Assembly: GCA_963706955.1 (NCBI GenBank)
Contig: CAVPOC010000005.1
Coordinates: 32,001-96,000 of the forward strand
Direction: 5' to 3'
Origin: an uncultured Verrucomicrobiae bacterium
GTDB taxonomy: Bacteria; Verrucomicrobiota; Verrucomicrobiia; Chthoniobacterales; Terrimicrobiaceae
Length of the DNA stretch: 64,000 nt
Positions 25,692 through 32,902 of the stretch are shown piece after piece. Below the pieces are notes generated by a model. That model did not search any database and was not told the origin of the DNA. It saw nothing but the letters and a program-made list of their open reading frames with translations. Position 1 is the first letter of the stretch; every line of letters starts with the position of its first letter. Position numbers and translations under genes: made by a program.

Positions 25692-26009
25692 ATGAACCCT
25701 GAAGCATCGAATGAGGGAAACGTGCAGGCGGAGAACCAGGAGTCGTTGAATCGGCGATTGTTCTTGCGGAGCCTCGGAAAGTGGTCGGGTGCGGCGGCGA
25801 TTGCGGCTGTCGCTGGAGGAGTTTGGATCGCCTCTTCGCCAAAGGCAGCTGCGGGCTGGTTAAATCGAAGAGGAGTAGTTCGGGGCGGAGGTTGGATCAA
25901 TGGCGGAGGTTGGGTCAATCGAGCAGGAGGATGGATTAATGGTGGTGGTGGTGGTGGTTGGATCAATCGGCGTGTCGGCGGCGGCGGCGGCTGGATCAAT
26001 CGCTGGTAA
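25692..26009 (+). CDS. Putative RiPP precursor: Tat-type leader plus Gly/Arg-rich core with six WxN motifs (GrrA/XyeA-like triceptide motifs)
   Basis: NRRLFL twin-arginine motif, hydrophobic stretch, KAAA|G cleavage site, then GWLNRRGVVRGGGWINGGGWVNRAGGWINGGGGGGWINRRVGGGGGWINRW; lies upstream of an rSAM/SPASM gene. Confidence 0.85.
   Translation: MNPEASNEGNVQAENQESLNRRLFLRSLGKWSGAAAIAAVAGGVWIASSPKAAAGWLNRRGVVRGGGWINGGGWVNRAGGWINGGGGGGWINRRVGGGGGWINRW
25854..26006 (+). repeat. Six GGN-TGG-NTN-AAT (G-W-[ILV]-N) coding repeats separated by Gly/Arg linkers
   Basis: ggctggttaaat, ggttggatcaat, ggttgggtcaat, ggatggattaat, ggttggatcaat, ggctggatcaat. Confidence 0.9.
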
Positions 26010-26027
26010 GCACCCAGGGTCGGTCCC

Positions 26028-26870
26028 ATGCCTCAGGAAGCTGAGATCTTATCCTTCCGGGAGGCTGACTCGAAAGAGAACTCGGACATCGGTCCGTTTG
26101 TAGTCGTCGTTAGAGATTCTCAGCAGATGGGCATATGGCTGCGCGATCGTTCTCCGGCGCTTCAATGGATCCAGGTCGAGGGAGTTTTAAAGGATGACGA
26201 CGTCTGGCGCCTTGCTGCCGAAGACCCTGGCGAAGTGCCGCTCGATGTCATCCTGATCGACCCGGGCAGAGAGTTCGCGGACCTCTATCGGTTGGTGGAC
26301 GTGCGTTCGGCGCGCGATGTTCGCGTCAGCATGCCCGCACGACCCGGATTTCTCAAGGCAGTCCGACTGGCTGCCTCTCTTGGCCTGCCGGTGCGACTCC
26401 TTCCCCAGCAGCCAACAGCCGATGTCTTAGCTGAGCTTCAGGAAGCCCTGACATTTTATCTGCGCAATCCGCTGGTGGAAGCTCCCATCGAATTTTTCCA
26501 TTCGGCCCTGGCCTGGCTCAGAGGGGCACCGACAGGTTCGCTTTGGAGAGTTCTTGAAGAAGATCCCTCGATCTACCAACGCAAGGCGATCAGCACGGCG
26601 TGGGACTCGCCGCAACTCTCGGACCTCCCCATCGATCCTACACAAGACTTTGGCTCCCTATTCTTAGAGCGGCTCACACAGCAGGGCGGCGAATGTGCCA
26701 CCTGTCGCTGGCGTGATTTCTGCGCAGGCTACTTTAAGTGGCCGACTCCTGAATATTCTTGCACGGGCGTTAAACTGCTCTTTTCGAATCTGCTTGCGGC
26801 CGTCAAAGAGATCGAGGACGACTTCCGGACCTTTGCAGCGCCAACTGCTGAACTGCAATCCTCATTATGA
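26028..26870 (+). CDS. Uncharacterised RiPP-cluster protein with a C-terminal partial SPASM-like Cys motif
   Basis: 280 aa, no CxxxCxxC; C-terminal ECATCRWRDFCAGYFKWPTPEYSC; ATGA overlap with the rSAM start. Confidence 0.7.
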   Translation: MPQEAEILSFREADSKENSDIGPFVVVVRDSQQMGIWLRDRSPALQWIQVEGVLKDDDVWRLAAEDPGEVPLDVILIDPGREFADLYRLVDVRSARDVRVSMPARPGFLKAVRLAASLGLPVRLLPQQPTADVLAELQEALTFYLRNPLVEAPIEFFHSALAWLRGAPTGSLWRVLEEDPSIYQRKAISTAWDSPQLSDLPIDPTQDFGSLFLERLTQQGGECATCRWRDFCAGYFKWPTPEYSCTGVKLLFSNLLAAVKEIEDDFRTFAAPTAELQSSL

Positions 26871-28058
26871 ATCGTCGCGTTTTCAGCGTCATTCTTCTTC
26901 CAACGTCAGATTGCAATGTCGCCTGCGAATACTGCTTTGAGCGAAAGGAGAAGCATCGACTTTCAACGAACCTGCTGCCATTGCTGACAACTCGCCTGCT
27001 CGATCATCTCGAGAACGAGGGAATCACGGAATGCGAAGTTTACTGGCAAGGCGGAGAGGCGATGATCATGGGACCGGAGTGGTTCGTCGCAGCCGGGCGG
27101 CTTATGGATCGCGCAGCCGCGGAACGAGGACGTCACTTCATCCACTATCTTCAGACCAACCTCATCAGCTATACCGAATCCTGGAACGAAGTCTTGCGAA
27201 CGATGTTCCAGGGGTCGTTGGGAACTTCCATGGACTATCCCAACCATCACCGGAAGTTGTTCAACGGCGGCCCCGAGGCCTATACGCGTTTGTGGACACG
27301 GAAGCTTAGAGCCGCGCAAGCCGCCGGGATCAAGGTCGGCGTCATCGCCGTGCTTCACCAGGGGAGTTTGGATGCGGGTGCCGGAGGACTTCTATCGCTA
27401 TTTCACGGAGGAACTCGGGCTGACTGACTTCCAAGTCAACACGCCATTTCCAGGTGGTCCCGCCGGGGAAGTTGAAGGCGCTTTTCAGCTCGAGACAAGC
27501 AAGTTGGCGAGCTTCCTTGCGAGGTTGTTCGATATCTGGATGGAGCGCGGTTTCGATGTCGGAGTGTCGCTTGGTCCGTTTGACGCATTGATTGACCACT
27601 TTACCGGCAGGCCGGCGCGATTGCCGTGTATTTGGAAAGAGAATTGTTCCAATCAATTCATCTCGATTGATTCCAAAGGGACGGTCGCTCAATGCGATTG
27701 TTGGGTAACGAGCTATCCCGAAAGCTTCTTCGGCAATATCTTTCGAGAGCCCGACCTTACCCGAATGCTAAGGACCAGCCCGGCGCGGCGCCAGTTCGTC
27801 GAGCGTCCCAAGCACCTCGTTGAACACGAAGATTGCCTCTCGTGTCGTTACCTTTCGATCTGCCATGGTGGCTGCCCCGTGCGGACATACACTGCCTTAG
27901 GGACGATGATGGCTAAGGATCCCTACTGCGAAGTTTACAAAGCGGTCTTCGGACGAGCGGAGGCTCACGGGCGAACGATAGCCGGGCGGCGCCTCCACAC
28001 TTTGCAAAAATCCGAATCACTCCCGTTCTCTTTTCACTCTGAACCCAAACTGCTGTGA
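26867..28058 (+). CDS. Radical SAM/SPASM maturase (anSME-like), one apparent +1 indel near 27381; about 396 aa when corrected
   Basis: CNVACEYC, WQGGE, LQTN, SMD; SPASM region C..NC..QCDC..CLSCRYLSICHGGC..DPYC. Confidence 0.9.
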
Positions 28059-28215
28059 TCTCGTGGGACGCCAACCCCAGCCATCCACCGTGAAAACGTC
28101 CGCTAACTAAGCAAATTCCGGAGATGAACAGGTTGCTTCAATCACTTGTTGGGCGTCTCATCAGCGCGCTGGGCGCGGTGTGGTTGGAATTGCTTGAGCC
28201 ATCTGGGAGAGAGAT

Positions 28216-28509
28216 ATGTCGGCCTTCGTCATCTTCGATGTTGAGATTCGCGACCCGGAGCGTTATCAAGACTTCATGCGCCAAGTGAAACCTGCGCTCG
28301 AGGCCGCTGGCGCAAAGTACCTCGCTCGCGGAGGCGCTCACAAGGTGTATGAGGGTGATTGGTCTCCCAGAAGGATCGTCTTGCTTGAGTTCCCGTCCGT
28401 AGCCGCTTGGGAGAGTTTCTACAACGGGCCTACCTACCAGGGCCTTAAAGCCATCCGTGACGAATGCAGCTCTGCACGGTTGGTCAGCGTCGAAGGGCTA
28501 GCGCCCTAA
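28216..28509 (+). CDS. DUF1330 family protein (cassette 1)
   Basis: GAKYLARGG..EGDW.P.RIVLLEFPS..FYN...YQ. Confidence 0.9.
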   Translation: MSAFVIFDVEIRDPERYQDFMRQVKPALEAAGAKYLARGGAHKVYEGDWSPRRIVLLEFPSVAAWESFYNGPTYQGLKAIRDECSSARLVSVEGLAP

Positions 28510-28533
28510 GGTGCCGAGCATGTGCCGCCAGAC

Positions 28534-28610
28534 GCCCAACCCTCCATCGAGCGGACAGCTTCCGGCATGCTGCGCCTGCCTCCAGCTGCCGCTCATGTCG
28601 AACGTCAGAT
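28534..28610 (+). other. attC site 1 (R' core degenerate: GTCAGAT)
   Basis: GCCCAAC..GAGCGGACAGCT..AGCTGCCGCTC..GTCAGAT, inner arms with an unpaired base, 77 bp. Confidence 0.8.
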
Positions 28611-28627
28611 GACTTCTCGGACTCCAA

Positions 28628-28921
28628 ATGAACGCGCTGCAGAGACTTCAGGATTGTTATTCGGCGCAATGCGAAGGTGATCGGGACCACCAGCAGGGCG
28701 TTCGCATCGAGTCACTGGACAATCCGGGATGGGCGCTCGACATCGACTTGGCTGACACGGCTTTGGCCGACAAACCTTTCACGGAGGTCAAGCGCGGCTG
28801 CGAAGACACGACCGATTGGCTCATTTGCTTTCTTCCCGATGGCAAATTCATGGGAAGATGTGGTCCGCAGAAGCTTCAGGAAATGATCGGGGTGTTTTTG
28901 ACGTGGGCGGAAGAATCTTAG
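28628..28921 (+). CDS. Imm53-family immunity protein (cassette 2), possibly decaying
   Basis: QCEGDRDHQQGVRIESLDNPGW.LDIDL..DWL.C..F.GRCGP. Confidence 0.8.
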   Translation: MNALQRLQDCYSAQCEGDRDHQQGVRIESLDNPGWALDIDLADTALADKPFTEVKRGCEDTTDWLICFLPDGKFMGRCGPQKLQEMIGVFLTWAEES

Positions 28922-28950
28922 ATCATGTCGATCGTGTTGCCACGCCAGTC

Positions 28951-29073
28951 ATCTCACCAGGCGATGGAGCGAACGGCCACTCGCCGCGCGTTCGCGCTTG
29001 GCATGACTCGTACGCCCCCACTGCGGCTGACGTTCGCTCCCGGTAGCCGTCGCTCATCTTATTCTCATTAGCG
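28951..29073 (+). other. attC site 2 (both cores degenerate)
   Basis: ATCTCAC..GATGGAGCGAACGGCCAC..GTAGCCGTCGCTCATC..ATTAGCG; inner arms pair with two extra bases, 123 bp. Confidence 0.72.
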
Positions 29074-29105
29074 CGCACAATGTCATGCAATCGTAGGAGA
29101 GTCAT

Positions 29106-29774
29106 ATGAGGAAACTTATTGCGTCCACATTTACATCCCTGGACGGTGTCATGCAGGCACCAGGAGGACCGACCGAAGATCCAACCGGAAATTTTACGTT
29201 AGGTGGTTGGTTGTTCGCTTTCGGGGACGCAGGGGTGGATCTTTCTGCGTCAGGTTTCGATGGTAAAGATCGAGAGGTTGTCCTCGGTCGCAAAACCTAC
29301 GAAATATTCGAGGCATATTGGCCTTACCAATCAGAGGATCATCCGATTGCGAGGACGCTCAATGCGGCAAAAAAGCATGTGGCGTCCCGCACTTTGAAGT
29401 CATTGCAATGGAACAATTCGTCGGTCCTTGGCGGTGACATCGTTTCAGCCATAACCGCACTCAAGGTTCAGCCCGGACTCGACCTTCAAATCATTGGCAG
29501 CGGCAATCTCATTCAGACGCTACAAGCCGCATCGCTCATTGACGAATACAACATATGGACCTACCCGGTAGTTCTTGGCCGTGGAAAGCGATTGTTTGAA
29601 GATGGTGCAAGGCCATGTGCACTGCGACTCGTGGCTTCGAAGGTTTCAACAACTGGCGTTGTGATGAGCACCTATGTTCCAGCCGGAGATATTCCGCTTG
29701 GTTCGCTTAGCCAGGCCGAGCCAAGCGCGAAGGAATTGACCCGACGCGCCAAGATGGCTACAGATGTGACGTGA
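29106..29774 (+). CDS. Dihydrofolate reductase/RibD C-terminal family protein (cassette 3)
   Basis: SLDGVMQAPGG..LGRKTYE..GSGNLIQTL..IDEY..PVVLGRGKRLF; RBS AGGAG. Confidence 0.9.
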   Translation: MRKLIASTFTSLDGVMQAPGGPTEDPTGNFTLGGWLFAFGDAGVDLSASGFDGKDREVVLGRKTYEIFEAYWPYQSEDHPIARTLNAAKKHVASRTLKSLQWNNSSVLGGDIVSAITALKVQPGLDLQIIGSGNLIQTLQAASLIDEYNIWTYPVVLGRGKRLFEDGARPCALRLVASKVSTTGVVMSTYVPAGDIPLGSLSQAEPSAKELTRRAKMATDVT

Positions 29775-29795
29775 ATATGCTGTCGACAAGCTGTG

Positions 29796-29856
29796 CGCTA
29801 ACAACGCGCTTCAAGGGACGCCGCTATCGCGGCGCCCCTGAGCTCAGGCGTTAGGC
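29796..29856 (+). other. attC site 3 (near canonical)
   Basis: CGCTAAC-AACGCGCTTCAAGGGACGCCGC-TATC-GCGGCGCCCCTGAGCTCAGGC-GTTAGGC, 61 bp. Confidence 0.88.
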
Positions 29857-29869
29857 GTCACACTACGCT

Positions 29870-29980
29870 CTGACCAAAGCGGTAACCGATCCTGATATCG
29901 CTGCCGCCAAGCTCGCTTTCGATGCGATGATGCAGATGAAAAAGATCGACATCGCTGCAATCGAGGCGGCGCGCCGCTGA
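29870..29980 (+). pseudogene. C-terminal remnant of a VOC/PhnB-like (3-demethylubiquinone-9 3-methyltransferase family) gene
   Basis: Translates LTKAVTDPDIAAAKLAFDAMMQMKKIDIAAIEAARR* with no N-terminal part. Confidence 0.75.
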
Positions 29981-30481
29981 GGTTGCATCTTCGAAGCGCG
30001 CATCTCGAAAACGCAAGGGGGACATCACGGGCGGACCCGAACCCGCTCCATCCTGAGCCTGCGGTTTTCGACCGATGGGAGAACATATTCGCGCTCGCAC
30101 GAGAGGCGAGATAACCAGTCGTTGCAGCGGACCGGGCGGGAGTCGCGGTCCTCGTGATTTGAGAGTGCGCCTGGCGTCCGCCCGGCCGCTGAACGTCGGT
30201 CCGTTCGGAAAAGTAGTCGAAACCAGGCCCTGCCGATGACCCGCTCAAAAAGCGAATTGTTACTGACGGCGGCGTTCGCCTCCTCTCTTTTTCCCAACTG
30301 CCTTAAATTTCCCGCGAAACAATGGACCGGCCATGGCAGCTCGCACGCGAGCTTAATGCGGGCGTTGAACGCCTGCTTGCTAGCGGGCGCCGGCCCGCCC
30401 AAGAAAGATTAATGGAGATCCCGCAAAGTCCACAACCCATCCCATATCCGGTGCAACTTGCTTGGCCGCGGCTGCGGCGCA

Positions 30482-31804
30482 CTATGGTGCTGGATGAGAC
30501 CTAACGAATTTGCTAAACCAAATGCCTGTCGGCTCCATGATCAATTCCTTAGTCTCGCGATTGAGACTTGTCAGGCCGAAATTAGCTGCGTAACCCTCCG
30601 CCCACTCATAATTGTCGACGAGCGTCCAAGGGAAGTATCCACGCACGTCCACGCCGTCTGACATTGCGCGACGCATTTGGTTTACGTGCTCGCGATAGTA
30701 ACGGATCTTCTTTTGTTCACTCTGCGTCCCGATGCCGTTCTCGGAGACGACGATCGGTTTGCCATAGCGCTTGAAGACGGTGGCCAGACTTTCATAAAAG
30801 CCTTCCGGGTTGATTTCCCATCCGTTCTGGGTGTAATTCGAGCTTTGCTCTCCATGGCCGCGAAGAATGAAGCGCAGCGGAGTCGCATCTTGGGAGTAGT
30901 AATAGTTTAGGCCAATGATGTCAGTGACGTCGGCTACCTGATCGAGGTGATCCCAGTTCTGATGCATCATCATGTTGTAAACCATCCCAGCGGGATCTGC
31001 GAAATACTTCCGTCTCCAATTTGGAATCGAATAGATTCCCATGATAATGGCGTCTGGCCGGTCTTGGCGGATGATGGCGGCAGCGTCGCGATACATCCGC
31101 ACACTGATCTCTGTCGCCTTTTTTAACTTGAACGGAGTCAGCAATAGGCCGGGAGGCCAATGCCCGCCAAAATAGCCGATGTAAAGGTCGCCATTAGGCT
31201 CGTTCTGTGGAACATAAACTCGGACATAAGGGGAAAGCGCGCCGACCATCTTTTCCACATAGGCGCGCCATGCTGTTTCCACATCGGGATGCAGGAAATT
31301 TGAGCGAGCCTTCTTTTTGGTGTCGTACAACCAAGAGGGAAAGGTAAAATGCCACAAAGTGACAATCGGCTCGATCCCGGCGGCCTTCAATTTACGAGCC
31401 ATCCGCACGTATTGCTGGATTGCCGCTTCATTATAGACGCCCTGTTTTGGCTCAACCCGCGCCCACTCGATGCCAAAGCGGTAATGGTTAACTCCCAGCT
31501 CGCGGAGAGTTCTCAAGTCCCGGTCGAAGTGCGTCCATGAGAAGGTCGCGTCGTCACCGCGTGGCGGGATATGGCCTTCCTCTGCATAAACATCCCAGTC
31601 GGTCTTGAAGTAGTAAGGCGAACCAGGCGTGACCCCCCGATCCTCATTCTGGTAGCTAGCGGTCGAGGTGCCCCACCAGAACTTCCCTGTGTTCACAGGC
31701 GCCGCTATCTCACGCTTCTTGTAGGGCTTCGGTGGCAAGATACAGCCAGAAAAACCTACAAGGATGACGGCCACGCACAGAAGGTGGTGCTTGGAGATAT
31801 TCAT
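30482..31804 (-). CDS. Glycoside hydrolase family 1, with a lipoprotein signal
   Basis: WGTSTASYQNE, YRFGIEWARVEP, TLWHF, catalytic NEP and SENG, DNYEWAEGY; N-terminal FSG-C lipobox. Confidence 0.92.
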   Translation of the reverse strand: MNISKHHLLCVAVILVGFSGCILPPKPYKKREIAAPVNTGKFWWGTSTASYQNEDRGVTPGSPYYFKTDWDVYAEEGHIPPRGDDATFSWTHFDRDLRTLRELGVNHYRFGIEWARVEPKQGVYNEAAIQQYVRMARKLKAAGIEPIVTLWHFTFPSWLYDTKKKARSNFLHPDVETAWRAYVEKMVGALSPYVRVYVPQNEPNGDLYIGYFGGHWPPGLLLTPFKLKKATEISVRMYRDAAAIIRQDRPDAIIMGIYSIPNWRRKYFADPAGMVYNMMMHQNWDHLDQVADVTDIIGLNYYYSQDATPLRFILRGHGEQSSNYTQNGWEINPEGFYESLATVFKRYGKPIVVSENGIGTQSEQKKIRYYREHVNQMRRAMSDGVDVRGYFPWTLVDNYEWAEGYAANFGLTSLNRETKELIMEPTGIWFSKFVRSHPAP

Positions 31805-31843
31805 GTTGAAGCGAGTTTCGAAAGATGCTTCGGTTACGAAGCG

Positions 31844-32785
31844 ATGGCGAGGACTTTAATCACCAATTCAACTTTGCGGCATGCGGCAATCCTGCTGACA
31901 CTATTGACTCTGACAGTGGGCCTGCAGGGGGCCGACGACACCTACCGTTCGCCGGATAGTCTCCACCTGGCCGATGGGACCGTGGTGCGTGGGCTGATTA
32001 TTAAGAATACCAGGGGTTCGGTGGTGATTCAGCAGGAAACCGACGAGCTCGACGTTCCGAAAAGCAAGATCGTGCGCATCATCGACAATGCAGATAGCAA
32101 CGTTCTCTATACCGGAATGAATCGGAAGGGTCAGCTGCCCTCCTGGCGTGTTATTGCCAACGATCTTCGCACACATGACGCCATCAAGTCGCTCGTGGAA
32201 ATCCCGGCGACGGTGATCGACGTGGCCGACTTCAAAAACGTCCCCTACAAATCCTTTCGCGTTAATGAAGACGTCGAGCTAAACATCTATGGCGACCCCG
32301 AGAATCCGGCCGGTGTGGAGCTTGGCATCTACGGTCCCCGCTCGATCGATCGGAAGCTGCGTAAGCTCTTGCGCGCCTACCTGGCGGGGTTTCTGACCAC
32401 GCGGGAAGAGATTGCCGCCCTCTATGCGCTCGGTCTCAGCAAGGGTAAAACTCAAGTCGGCAACATCGTCCTCGAAATCACGCCGGCCAACGCGTTCGAT
32501 GCCTATGGTGCTTGGTGGGTTTCTCTCTACAATCCCAGGGAACTCAATAAGGTGCGCCTCAGCGATGCCGAATACCAAAGGCTCGTCAGACCTGTCAGCG
32601 AAGTCATCGATAGGAAGGGACGTGTTATCTCAGGAGGGTGGAGCCGCAAGGATGCTGAACGTTCCAGAAAAATCCGAGCCGAAGGAAGTTCCGCGCGAGT
32701 CATTCTGAAGGGTTTTTATCGCGACGACGACGGTGTTTTCCGCTTGATCACCGAACCGCATCGCCAGGCCGCGGTGGCGCGTTGA
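31844..32785 (+). CDS. Hypothetical exported protein
   Basis: Signal-like N-terminus, DSLHLADGTVVRGLII beta motif, uninterrupted ORF divergent from the GH1 gene. Confidence 0.65.
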   Translation: MARTLITNSTLRHAAILLTLLTLTVGLQGADDTYRSPDSLHLADGTVVRGLIIKNTRGSVVIQQETDELDVPKSKIVRIIDNADSNVLYTGMNRKGQLPSWRVIANDLRTHDAIKSLVEIPATVIDVADFKNVPYKSFRVNEDVELNIYGDPENPAGVELGIYGPRSIDRKLRKLLRAYLAGFLTTREEIAALYALGLSKGKTQVGNIVLEITPANAFDAYGAWWVSLYNPRELNKVRLSDAEYQRLVRPVSEVIDRKGRVISGGWSRKDAERSRKIRAEGSSARVILKGFYRDDDGVFRLITEPHRQAAVAR

Positions 32786-32902
32786 ACTGCGTTGGTCGCC
32801 GTCTTAACCAGGCCACAGGAATAGGATACCGAGCTCGGAGTCGAGCGCTCCGGTCGTTGCCAGAAGATCCACGATGCGGGATGGCAGACCTCCGGCAGCG
32901 GA

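Larger units (their letters stand above)
28148..29980 (+). mobile_element. Integron gene-cassette array without an integrase in the window (CALIN-like): three cassettes plus a truncated fourth
   Basis: Three attC-like palindromes follow the genes. Cassette ends are complementary: GTTGGGCGTCT/AGACGCCCAAC, AGATGACT/AGTCATCT, TTAGCGC/GCGCTAA. Confidence 0.82.

Noticed and set aside
25475..26029. 184-aa minus-strand ORF with LIQPPP repeats
   Set aside because: It is the antisense shadow of the Gly/Trp-rich precursor. The plus strand has the signal peptide and operon context.
26867..28058. rSAM as an anaerobic sulfatase maturase
   Set aside because: No sulfatase gene is in the window, and the adjacent WxN peptide explains it better. 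This is not formally excluded.
29106..29774. dfr trimethoprim-resistance cassette
   Set aside because: The sequence matches the longer RibD-C/DHFR-like family, not DfrA or DfrB.
28534..29856. Intergenic hairpins as rho-independent terminators or REP elements
   Set aside because: They lack U tracts, are bounded by core/inverse-core sites and show cassette-end complementarity, so attC fits better.
29981..30481. Short ORFs of 60-134 aa on both strands
   Set aside because: No recognisable motif, RBS or consistent coding signal, so they were left unannotated.
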